A stretch of DNA of 64,000 nt from Auanema rhodensis (GCA_964057225.1 OZ059897.1:19902001-19966000); one strand, 5' to 3'; numbered from the stretch's first letter, positions 1 through 12,100 are shown. Notes: generated from the letters alone by a model not told the origin. Numbers and translations: made by a program.

Positions 1-54
1 ACGATGGACAATGTTATTCAACGAAAAAATTGATTCTTCAGGGTGAAAATCGAG

Positions 55-76
55 GATATAAGTGTAAACTTATATC
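55..76. other. Dyad symmetry 1 (9-bp stem, 4-nt loop), in every monomer
   Basis: GATATAAGT-GTAA-ACTTATATC; the arms are exact reverse complements in haplotype A, with one mismatch in haplotype B. Confidence 0.92.
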
Positions 77-93
77 AGTTGATATCTCGGTGC

Positions 94-144
94 ATTTTTA
101 AGCTAGCGCAAATCTGATAACACAGATCGACGCAGCTTAAAAAT
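94..144. other. Dyad symmetry 2 (interrupted 19-bp stem), in every monomer
   Basis: ATTTTTAAGCT(94-104)/AGCTTAAAAAT(134-144), GCG(106-108)/CGC(131-133) and ATCTG(112-116)/CAGAT(123-127), with a 6-nt loop. Confidence 0.92.
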
Positions 145-227
145 CCGCATCGAATGCACTATACTACATTGAGAAACGCTTAATACAAAAATTAGTTATG
201 ATCGTTTGAAAAATGATGCATTAGTGT

Positions 228-255
228 ATGTTGAGTTTCCATGTACACTCAACAT
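228..255. other. Dyad symmetry 3 (9-bp stem, 10-nt loop), in every monomer
   Basis: ATGTTGAGT(228-236)-TTCCATGTAC-ACTCAACAT(247-255). Confidence 0.92.
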
Positions 256-262
256 TGCTTCC

Positions 263-328
263 AAAAACATTTTGACAAAAATTTTTTCGAAAAATTTCAA
301 AATAATTTAGCAAAAAGTAGATGTTTTT
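263..328. other. Dyad symmetry 4, nested A/T-tract palindrome, in every monomer
   Basis: Core palindrome TTTTTCGAAAAA (283-294), flanked by ATTTTGA(269-275)/TCAAAAT(297-303) and AAAAACAT(263-270)/ATGTTTTT(321-328). Low complexity weakens the significance. Confidence 0.75.
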
Positions 329-351
329 AGATTCCTTTTTTCAAGGCAAAG

Positions 352-700
352 ACGATGGACAATGTTATTCAACGAAAAAATTAATTCTTCAGGGTGAAAA
401 TCGAGGATATAAGTGTGAACTTATAACAGTTGATATCTCGGTACATTTTTAAGCTAGCGCAAATCTGATAACACAGATCGACGCATTAAAAATCCGCATC
501 GAATGCACTATACTACATTGAGAAACGCTTAATACAAAAATTAGTTATGATCGTTTGAAAAATGATGCATTAGTGTATGTTGAGTTTCCATGTACACTCA
601 ACATTGCTTCCAAAAACATTTTGACAAAAATTTTTTCGAAAAATTTCAAAATAATTTAGCAAAAAGTAGATGTTTTTAGATTCCTTTTTTCAAGGCAAAG
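352..700. repeat. Representative 349-bp monomer, haplotype B (G66, A75, A92) with GC deletion at m135-136
   Basis: Contains GTGTGAACTTATAAC, CGGTACAT and ACGCATTAAAAAT in place of ACGCAGCTTAAAAAT. Confidence 0.96.
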
Positions 701-1051
701 ACGATGGACAATGTTATTCAACGAAAAAAATGATTCTTCAGGGTGAAAATCGAGGATATAAGTGTAAACTTATATCAGTTGATATCTCGGTGCATTTTTA
801 AGCTAGCGCAAATCTGATAACACAGATCGACGCAGCTTAAAAATCCGCATCGAATGCACTATACTACATTGAGAAACGCTTAATACAAAAATTAGTTATG
901 ATCGTTTGAAAAATGATGCATTAGTGTATGTTGAGTTTCCATGTACACTCAACATTGCTTCCAAAAACATTTTGACAAAAATTTTTTCGAAAAATTTCAA
1001 AATAATTTAGCAAAAAGTAGATGTTTTTAGATTGCTTTTTTCAAGGCAAAG

Positions 1052-4000
1052 ACGATGGACAATGTTATTCAACGAAAAAATTAATTCTTCAGGGTGAAAA
1101 TCGAGGATATAAGTGTGAACTTATAACAGTTGATATCTCGGTACATTTTTAAGCTAGCGCAAATCTGATAACACAGATCGACGCAGCTTAAAAATCCGCA
1201 TCGAATGCACTATACTACATTGAGAAACGCTTAATACAAAAATTAGTTATGATCGTTTGAAAAATGATGCATTAGTGTATGTTGAGTTTCCATGTACACT
1301 CAACATTGCTTCCAAAAACATTTTGACAAAAATTTTTTCGAAAAATTTCAAAATAATTTAGCAAAAAGTAGATGTTTTTAGATTCCTTTTTTCAAGGCAA
1401 AGACGATGGACAATGTTATTTAACGAAAAAATTAATTCTTCAGGGTGAAAATCGAGGATATAAGTGTAAACTTATATCAGTTGATATCTCGGTGCATTTT
1501 TAAGCTAGCGCAAATCTGATAACACAGATCGACGCAGCTTAAAAATCCGCATCGAATGCACTTTACTACATTGAGAAACGCTTAATACAAAAATTAGTTA
1601 TGATCGTTTGAAAAATGATGCATTAGTGTATGTTGAGTTTCCATGTACACTCAACATTGCTTCCAAAAACATTTTGACAAAAATTTTTTCGAAAAATTTC
1701 AAAATAATTTAGCAAAAAGTAGAAGTTTTTAGATTCCTTTTTTCAAGGCAAAGACGATGGACGATGTTATTCAACGAAAAAATTAATTCTTCAGGGTGAA
1801 AATCGAGGATATAAGTGTAAACTTATATCAGTTGATATCTCGGTGCATTTTTAAGCTAGCGCAAATCTGATAACACAGATCGACGCAGCTTAAAAATCCG
1901 CATCGAATGCACTATACTACATTGAGAAACGCTTAGTACAAAAATTAGTTATGATCGTTTGAAAAATGATGCATTAGTGTATGTTGAGTTTCCATGTACA
2001 CTCAACATTGCTTCCAAAAACATTTTGACAAAAATTTTTTCGAAAAATTTCAAAATAATTTAGCAAAAAGTAGACGTTTTTAGATTCCTTTTTTCAAGGC
2101 AAAGACGATGGACAATGTTATTCAACGAAAAAATTAATTCTTCAGGGTGAAAATCGAGGATATAAGTGTGAACTTATAACAGTTGATATCTCGGTACATT
2201 TTTAAGCTAGCGCAAATCTGATAACACAGATCGACGCAGCTTAAAAATCCGCATCGAATGCACTATACTACATTGAGAAACGCTTAATACAAAAATTAGT
2301 TATGATCGTTTGAAAAATGATGCATTAGTGTATGTTGAGTTTCCATGTACACTCAACATTGCTTCCAAAAACATTTTGACAAAAATTTTTTCGAAAAATT
2401 TCAAAATAATTTAGCAAAAAGTAGATGTTTTTAGATTCCTTTTTTCAAGGCAAAGACGATGGACAATGTTATTTAACGAAAAAATTAATTCTTCAGGGTG
2501 AAAATCGAGGATATAAGTGTAAACTTATATCAGTTGATATCTCGGTGCATTTTTAAGCTAGCGCAAATCTGATAACACAGATCGACGCAGCTTAAAAATC
2601 CGCATCGAATGCACTATACTACATTGAGAAACGCTTAATACAAAAATTAGTTATGATCGTTTGAAAAATGATGCATTAGTGTATGTTGAGTTTCCATGTA
2701 CACTCAACATTGCTTCCAAAAACATTTTGACAAAAATTTTTTCGAAAAATTTCAGAATAATTTAGCAAAAAGTAGATGTTTTTAGATTCCTTTTTTCAAG
2801 GCAAAGACGATGGACAATGTTATTCAACGAAAAAATTAATTCTTCAGGGTGAAAATCGAGGATATAAGTGTGAACTTATAACAGTTGATATCTCGGTACA
2901 TTTTTAAGCTAGCGCAAATCTGATAACACAGATCGACGCAGCTTAAAAATCCGCATCGAATGCACTATACTACATTGAGAAACGCTTAATACAAAAATTA
3001 GTTATGATCGTTTGAAAAATGATGCATTAGTGTATGTTGAGTTTCCATGTACACTCAACATTGCTTCCAAAAACATTTTGACAAAAATTTTTTCGAAAAA
3101 TTTCAAAATAATTTAGCAAAAAGTAGATGTTTTTAGATTCCTTTTTTCAAGGCAAAGACGATGGACAATGTTATTTAACGAAAAAATTAATTCTTCAGGG
3201 TGAAAATCGAGGATATAAGTGTAAACTTATATCAGTTGATATCTCGGTGCATTTTTAAGCTAGCGCAAATCTGATAACACAGATCGACGCAGCTTAAAAA
3301 TCCGCATCGAATGCACTTTACTACATTGAGAAACGCTTAATACAAAAATTAGTTATGATCGTTTGAAAAATGATGCATTAGTGTATGTTGAGTTTCCATG
3401 TACACTCAACATTGCTTCCAAAAACATTTTGACAAAAATTTTTTCGAAAAATTTCAAAATAATTTAGCAAAAAGTAGAAGTTTTTAGATTCCTTTTTTCA
3501 AGGCAAAGACGATGGACGATGTTATTCAACGAAAAAATTAATTCTTCAGGGTGAAAATCGAGGATATAAGTGTAAACTTATATCAGTTGATATCTCGGTG
3601 CATTTTTAAGCTAGCGCAAATCTGATAACACAGATCGACGCAGCTTAAAAATCCGCATCGAATGCACTATACTACATTGAGAAACGCTTAGTACAAAAAT
3701 TAGTTATGATCGTTTGAAAAATGATGCATTAGTGTATGTTGAGTTTCCATGTACACTCAACATTGCTTCCAAAAACATTTTGACAAAAATTTTTTCGAAA
3801 AATTTCAAAATAATTTAGCAAAAAGTAGATGTTTTTAGATTCCTTTTTTCAAGGCAAAGACGATGGACAATGTTATTCAACGAAAAAATTAATTCTTCAG
3901 GGTGAAAATCGAGGATATAAGTGTGAACTTATAACAGTTGATATCTCGGTACATTTTTAAGCTAGCGCAAATCTGATAACACAGATCGACGCAGCTTAAA

Positions 4001-4210
4001 AATCCGCATCGAATGCACTATACTACATTGAGAAACGCTTAATACAAAAATTAGTTATGATCGTTTGAAAAATGATGCATTAGTGTATGTTTAGTTTCCA
4101 TGTACACTCAACATTGCTTCCAAAAACATTTTGACAAAAATTTTTTCGAAAAATTTCGAAATAATTTAGCAAAAAGTAGATGTTTTTAGATTCCTTTTTT
4201 CAAGGCAAAG
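1052..4210. repeat. Local higher-order duplication, period 5 monomers (1755 bp)
   Basis: Private variants CACTTTAC + AGAAGTT and GGACGATG + CTTAGTAC occur in monomers at 1403/1754 and again at 3158/3509. Confidence 0.85.
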
Positions 4211-5263
4211 ACGATGGACAATGTTATTCAACGAAAAAATTAATTCTTCAGGGTGAAAATCGAGGATATAAGTGTGAACTTATAACAGTTGATATCTCGG
4301 TACATTTTTAAGCTAGCGCAAATCTAATAACACAGATCGACGCAGCTTAAAAATCCGCATCGAATGCACTATACTACATTGAAAAACGCTTAATACAAAA
4401 ATTAGTTATGATCGTTTGAAAAATGATGCATTAGTGTATGTTGAGTTTCCATGTACACTCAACATTGCTTCCAAAAACATTTTGACAAAAATTTTTTCGA
4501 AAAATTTCAAAATAATTTAGCAAAAAGTAGATGTTTTTAGATTCCTTTTTTCAAGGCAAAGACGATGGACAATGTTATTCAACGAAAAAATTAATTCTTC
4601 AGGGTGAAAATCGAGGATATAAGTGTGAACTTATAACAGTTGATATCTCGGTACATTTTTAAGCTAGCGCAAATCTGATAACACAGATCGACGCAGCTTA
4701 AAAATCCGCATCGAATGCACTATACTACATTGAGAAACGCTTAATACAAAAATTAGTTATGATCGTTTGAAAAATGATGCATTAGTGTATGTTTAGTTTC
4801 CATGTACACTCAACATTGCTTCCAAAAACATTTTGACAAAAATTTTTTCGAAAAATTTCGAAATAATTTAGCAAAAAGTAGATGTTTTTAGATTTCTTTT
4901 TTCAAGGCAAAGACGATGGACAATGTTATTCAACGAAAAAATTAATTCTTCAGGGTGAAAATCGAGGATATAAGTGTGAACTTATAACAGTTGATATCTC
5001 GGTACATTTTTAAGCTAGCGCAAATCTAATAACACAGATCGACGCAGCTTAAAAATCCGCATCGAATGCACTATACTACATTGAAAAACGCTTAATACAA
5101 AAATTAGTTATGATCGTTTGAAAAATGATGCATTAGTGTATGTTGAGTTTCCATGTACACTCAACATTGCTTCCAAAAACATTTTGACAAAAATTTTTTC
5201 GAAAAATTTCAAAATAATTTAGCAAAAAGTAGATGTTTTTAGATTCCTTTTTTCAAGGCAAAG
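3860..5263. repeat. Dimer duplication (2 x 702 bp), four consecutive B monomers
   Basis: GTTTAGT + TTCGAAAT in monomers at 3860 and 4562; CTAATAA + TGAAAAACG in monomers at 4211 and 4913. Confidence 0.9.
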
Positions 5264-7018
5264 ACGATGGACAATGTTATTTAACGAAAAAATTAATTCT
5301 TCAGGGTGAAAATCGAGGATATAAGTGTAAACTTATATCAGTTGATATCTCGGTGCATTTTTAAGCTAGCGCAAATCTGATAACACAGATCGACGCAGCT
5401 TAAAAATCCGCATCGAATGCACTATACTACATTGAGAAACGCTCAATACAAAAATAAGTTATGATCGTTTGAAAAATGATGCATTAGTGTATGTTGAGTT
5501 TCCATGTACACTCAACATTGCTTCCAAAAACATTTTGACAAAAATTTTTTCGAAAAATTTCAAAATAATTTAGCAAAAAGTAGATGTTTTTAGATTCCTT
5601 TTTTCAAGGCAAAGACGATGGACAATGTTATTTAACGAAAAAATTAATTCTTCAGGGTGAAAATCGAGGATATAAGTGTAAACTTATATCAGTTGATATC
5701 TCGGTGCATTTTTAAGCTAGCGCAAATCTGATAACACAGATCGACGCAGCTTAAAAATCCGCATCGAATGCACTATACTACATTGAGAAACGCTTAATAC
5801 AAAAATTAGTTATGATCGTTTGAAAAATGATGCATTAGTGTATGTTGAGTTTCCATGTACACTCAACATTGCTTCCAAAAACATTTTGACAAAAATTTTT
5901 TCGAAAAATTTCAAAATAATTTAGCAAAAAGTAGATGTTTTTAAATTCCTTTTTTCAAGGCAAAGACGATGGACAATGTTATTCAACGAAAAAATTAATT
6001 CTTCAGGGTGAAAATCGAGGATATAAGTGTGAACTTATAACAGTTGATATCTCGGTACATTTTTAAGCTAGCGCAAATCTGATAACACAGATCGACGCAG
6101 CTTAAAAATCCGCATCGAATGCACTATACTATATTGAGAAACGCTTAATACAAAAATTAGTTATGATCGTTTGAAAAATGATGCATTAGTGTATGTTGAG
6201 TTTCCATGTACACTCAACATTGCTTCCAAAAACATTTTGACAAAAATTTTTTCGAAAAATTTCAAAATAATTTAGCAAAAAGTAGATGTTTTTAGATTCC
6301 TTTTTTCAAGGCAAAGACGATGGACAATGTTATTCAACGAAAAAATTAATTCTTCAGGGTGAAAATCGAGGATATAAGTGTGAACTTATATCAGTTGATA
6401 TCTCGGTACATTTTTAAGCTAGCGCAAATCTGATAACACAGATCGACGCAGCTTAAAAATCCGCATCGAATGCACTATACTACATTGAGAAACGCTTAAT
6501 ACAAAAATTAGTTATGATCGTTTGAAAAATGATGCATTAGTGTATGTTGAGTTTCCATGTACACTCAACATTGCTTCCAAAAACATTTTGACAAAAATTT
6601 TTTCGAAAAATTTCAAAATAATTTAGCAAAAAGTAGATGTTTTTAGATTCCTTTTTTCAAGGCAAAGACGATGGACAATGTTATTCAACGAAAAAATTAA
6701 TTCTTCAGGGTGAAAATCGAGGATATAAGTGTGAACTTATAACAGTTGATATCTCGGTACATTTTTAAGCTAGCGCAAATCTGATAACACAGATCGACGC
6801 AGCTTAAAAATCCGCATCGAATGCACTATACTACATTGAGAAACGCTTAATACAAAAATTAGTTATGATCGTTTGAAAAATGATGCATTAGTGTATGTTG
6901 AGTTTCCATGTACACTCAACATTGCTTCCAAAAACATTTTGACAAAAATTTTTTCGAAAAATTTCAAAATAATTTAGCAAAAAGTAGATGTTTTTAGATT
7001 CCTTTTTTCAAGGCAAAG

Positions 7019-9124
7019 ACGATGGACAATGTTATTTAACGAAAAAATTAATTCTTCAGGGTGAAAATCGAGGATATAAGTGTAAACTTATATCAGTTGA
7101 TATCTCGGTGCATTTTTAAGCTAGCGCAAATCTGATAACACAGATCGACGCAGCTTAAAAATCCGCATCGAATGCACTTTACTACATTGAGAAACGCTCA
7201 ATACAAAAATTAGTTATGATCGTTTGAAAAATGATGCATTAGTGTATGTTGAGTTTCCATGTACACTCAACATTGCTTCCAAAAACATTTTGACAAAAAT
7301 TTTTTCAAAAAATTTCAAAATAATTTAGCAAAAAGTAGATGTTTTTAGATTCCTTTTTTCAAGGCAAAGACGATGGACAATGTTATTTAACGAAAAAATT
7401 AATTCTTCAGGGTGAAAATCGAGGATATAAGTGTAAACTTATATCAGTTGATATCTCGGTGCATTTTTAAGCTAGCGCAAATCTGATAACACAGATCGAC
7501 GCAGCTTAAAAATCCGCATCGAATGCACTATACTACATTGAGAAACGCTTAATACAAAAATTAGTTATGATCGTTTGAAAAATGATGCATTAGTGTATGT
7601 TGAGTTTCCATGTACACTCAACATTGCTTCCAAAAACATTTTGACAAAAATTTTTTCGAAAAATTTCAAAATAATTTAGCAAAAAGTAGATGTTTTTAAA
7701 TTCCTTTTTTCAAGGCAAAGACGATGGACAATGTTATTCAACGAAAAAATTAATTCTTCAGGGTGAAAATCGAGGATATAAGTGTGAACTTATAACAGTT
7801 GATATCTCGGTACATTTTTAAGCTAGCGCAAATCTGATAACACAGATCGACGCAGCTTAAAAATCCGCATCGAATGCACTATACTACATTGAGAAACGCT
7901 TAATACAAAAATTAGTTATGATCGTTTGAAAAATGATGCATTAGTGTATGTTGAGTTTCCATGTACACTCAACATTGCTTCCAAAAACATTTTGACAAAA
8001 ATTTTTTCGAAAAATTTCAAAATAATTTAGCCAAAAGTAGATGTTTTTAGATTCCTTTTTTCAAGGCAAAGACGATGGACAATGTTATTCAACGAAAAAA
8101 TTAATTCTTCAGGGTGAAAATCGAGGATATAAGTGTAAACTTATATCAGTTGATATCTCGGTGCATTTTTAAGCTAGCGCAAATCTGATAACACAGATCG
8201 ACGCAGCTTAAAAATCCGCATCGAATGCACTTTACTACATTGAGAAACGCTCAATACAAAAATTAGTTATGATCGTTTGAAAAATGATGCATTAGTGTAT
8301 GTTGAGTTTCCATGTACACTCAACATTGCTTCCAAAAACATTTTGACAAAAATTTTTTCAAAAAATTTCAAAATAATTTAGCAAAAAGTAGATGTTTTTA
8401 GATTCCTTTTTTCAAGGCAAAGACGATGGACAATGTTATTTAACGAAAAAATTAATTCTTCAGGGTGAAAATCGAGGATATAAGTGTAAACTTATATCAG
8501 TTGATATCTCGGTGCATTTTTAAGCTAGCGCAAATCTGATAACACAGATCGACGCAGCTTAAAAATCCGCATCGAATGCACTATACTACATTGAGAAACG
8601 CTTAATACAAAAATTAGTTATGATCGTTTGAAAAATGATGCATTAGTGTATGTTGAGTTTCCATGTACACTCAACATTGCTTCCAAAAACATTTTGACAA
8701 AAATTTTTTCGAAAAATTTCAAAATAATTTAGCAAAAAGTAGATGTTTTTAAATTCCTTTTTTCAAGGCAAAGACGATGGACAATGTTATTCAACGAAAA
8801 AATTAATTCTTCAGGGTGAAAATCGAGGATATAAGTGTGAACTTATAACAGTTGATATCTCGGTACATTTTTAAGCTAGCGCAAATCTGATAACACAGAT
8901 CGACGCAGCTTAAAAATCCGCATCGAATGCACTATACTACATTGAGAAACGCTTAATACAAAAATTAGTTATGATCGTTTGAAAAATGATGCATTAGTGT
9001 ATGTTGAGTTTCCATGTACACTCAACATTGCTTCCAAAAACATTTTGACAAAAATTTTTTCGAAAAATTTCAAAATAATTTAGCAAAAAGTAGATGTTTT
9101 TAGATTCCTTTTTTCAAGGCAAAG
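7019..9124. repeat. Trimer duplication (2 x 1053 bp)
   Basis: CACTTT + CTCAAT + TTCAAAAAA at monomers 7019 and 8072; TAAATTCC at 7370 and 8423; B monomer at 7721 and 8774. Confidence 0.85.
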
Positions 9125-12100
9125 ACGATGGACAATGTTATTTAACGAAAAAATTAATTCTTCAGGGTGAAAATCGAGGATATAAGTGTAAACTTATATC
9201 AGTTGATATCTCGGTGCATTTTTAAGCTAGCGCAAATCTGATAACACAGATCGACGCAGCTTAAAAATCCGCATCGAATGCACTGTACTACATGGAAGAA
9301 CGCTTAATACAAAAATTAGTTATGATCGTTTGAAAAATGATGCATTAGTGTATGTTGAGTTTCCATGTACACTCAACATTGCTTCCAAAAACATTTTGAG
9401 AAAAATTTTTTCGAAAAATTTCAAAATAATTTAGCAAAAAGTAGATGTTTTTAGATTCCTTTTTTCAAGGCAAAGACGATGGACAATGTTATTTAACGAA
9501 AAAATTAATTCTTCAGGGTGAAAATCGAGGATATAAGTGTAAACTTATATCAGTTGATATCTCGGTGCATTTTTAAGCTAGCGCAAATCTGATAACACAG
9601 ATCGACGCAGCTTAAAAATCCGCATCGAATGCACTATACTACATTGAGAAACGCTTAATATAAAAATTAGTTATGATCGTTTGAAAAATGATGCATTAGT
9701 GTATGTTGAGTTTCCATGTACACTCAACATTGCTTCCAAAAACATTTTGACAAAACTTTTTTCGAAAAATTTCAAAATAATTTAGCAAAAAGTAGATGTT
9801 TTTAGATTCCTTTTTTCAAGGCAAAGACGATGGACAATGTTATTCAACGAAAAAATTAATTCTTCAGGGTGAAAATCGAGGATATAAGTGTGAACTTATA
9901 ACAGTTGATATCTCGGTACATTTTTAAGCTAGCGCAAATCTGATAACACAGATCGACGCAGCTTAAAAATCCGCATCGAATGCACTATACTACATTGAGA
10001 AACGCTTAATACAAAAATTAGTTATGATCGTTTGAAAAATGATGCATTAGTGTATGTTGAGTTTCCATGTACACTCAACATTGCTTCCAAAAACATTTTG
10101 ACAAAAATTTTTTCGAAAAATTTCAAAATAATTTAGCAAAAAGTAGATGTTTTTAGATTCCTTTTTTCAAGGCAAAGACGATGGACAATGTTATTTAACG
10201 AAAAAATTAATTCTTCAGGGTGAAAATCGAGGATATAAGTGTAAACTTATATCAGTTGATATCTCGGTGCATTTTTAAGCTAGCGCAAATCTGATAACAC
10301 AGATCGACGCAGCTTAAAAATCCGCATCGAATGCACTGTACTACATGGAAGAACGCTTAATACAAAAATTAGTTATGATCGTTTGAAAAATGATGCATTA
10401 GTGTATGTTGAGTTTCCATGTACACTCAACATTGCTTTCAAAAACATTTTGACAAAAATTTTTTCGAAAAATTTCAAAATAATTTAGCAAAAAGTAGATG
10501 TTTTTAGATTCCTTTTTTCAAGGCAAAGACGATGGACAATGTTATTCAACGAAAAAATTAATTCTTCAGGGTGAAAATCGAGGATATAAGTGTGAACTTA
10601 TAACAGTTGATATCTCGGTACATTTTTAAGCTAGCGCAAATCTGATAACACAGATCGACGCAGCTTAAAAATCCGCATCGAATGCACTATACTACATTGA
10701 GAAACGCTTAATACAAAAATTAGTTATGATCGTTTGAAAAATGATGCATTAGTGTATGTTGAGTTTCCATGTACACTCAACATTGCTTCCAAAAACATTT
10801 TGACAAAAATTTTTTCGAAAAATTTCAAAATAATTTAGCAAAAAGTAGATGTTTTTAGATTCCTTTTTTCAAGGCAAAGACGATGGACAATGTTATTTAA
10901 CGAAAAAATTAATTCTTCAGGGTGAAAATCGAGGATATAAGTGTAAACTTATATCAGTTGATATCTCGGTGCATTTTTAAGCTAGCGCAAATCTGATAAC
11001 ACAGATCGACGCAGCTTAAAAATCCTCATCGAATGCACTATACTACATTGAGAAACGCTCAATACAAAAATTAGTTATGATCGTTTGAAAAATGATGCAT
11101 TAGTGTATGTTGAGTTTCCATGTACACTCAACATTGCTTCCAAAAACATTTTGACAAAAATTTTTTCGAAAAATTTCAAAATAATTTAGCAAAAAGTAGA
11201 TGTTTTTAGATTCCTTTTTTCAAGGCAAAGACGATGGACAATGTTATTTAACGAAAAAATTAATTCTTCAGGGTGAAAATCGAGGATATAAGTGTAAACT
11301 TATATCAGTTGATATCTCGGTGCATTTTTAAGCTAGCGTAAATCTGATAACACAGATCGACGCAGCTTAAAAATCCGCATCGAATGCACTATACTACATT
11401 GAGAAACGCTTAATACAAAAATTAGTTATGATCGTTTGAAAAATGATGCATTAGTGTATGTTGAGTTTCCATGTACACTCAACATTGCTTCCAAAAACAT
11501 TTTGACAAAAATTTTTTCGAAAAATTTCAAAATAATTTAGCAAAAAGTAGATGTTTTTAGATTCCTTTTTTCAAGGCAAAGACGATGGACAATGTTATTC
11601 AACGAAAAAATTAATTCTTCAGGGTGAAAATCGAGGATATAAGTGTGAACTTATAACAGTTGATATCTCGGTACATTTTTAAGCTAGCGCAGATCTGATA
11701 ACACAGATCGACGCATTAAAAATCCGCATCGAATGCACTATACTACATTGAGAAACGCTTAATACAAAAATTAGTTATGATCGTTTGAAAAATGATGCAT
11801 TAGTGTATGTTGAGTTTCCATGTACACTCAACATTGCTTCCAAAAACATTTTGACAAAAATTTTTTCGAAAAATTTCAAAATAATTTAGCAAAAAGTAGA
11901 TGTTTTTAGATTCCTTTTTTCAAGGCAAAGACGATGGACAATGTTATTCAACGAAAAAATTGATTCTTCAGGGTGAAAATCGAGGATATAAGTGTAAACT
12001 TATATCAGTTGATATCTCGGTGCATTTTTAAGCTAGCGCAAATCTGATAACACAGATCGACGCAGCTTAAAAATCCGCATCGAATGCACTATACTACATT

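Larger units (their letters stand above)
1..351. repeat. Representative monomer, haplotype A (A66, T75, G92)
   Basis: Contains GTGTAAACTTATATC and CGGTGCAT; the majority type across the window. Confidence 0.97.

Noticed and set aside
4-33. Short ORF from ATG at 4 (MDNVIQRKN*)
   Set aside because: Only 9 codons, and the common T19 allele puts a stop at codon 6.
35-41. Hammerhead ribozyme core CUGAAGA on the minus strand (hammerheads are known in some satellites)
   Set aside because: No stem II closing onto a GAAA and no compatible stems I/III could be built by eye; an RNAMotif or Infernal search would settle it.
114-207. Plus-strand hammerhead-like CUGAUAA ... GAAAC ... GUU
   Set aside because: G8 is replaced by A without a compensating change, and stems I and II do not form.
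285-301. CENP-B box
   Set aside because: TTCGnnnnA is present but the required CGGG is absent here and at the minus-strand TTCG sites.
334-346. Terminator-like hairpin CCTT-TTTTC-AAGG
   Set aside because: A 4-bp stem is expected by chance and there is no associated gene.
1-351. 5S rRNA, tRNA, snRNA or spliced-leader tandem gene array
   Set aside because: No recognisable conserved gene sequence, Pol III A/B/C boxes or cloverleaf, and no conserved-gene versus variable-spacer partition.
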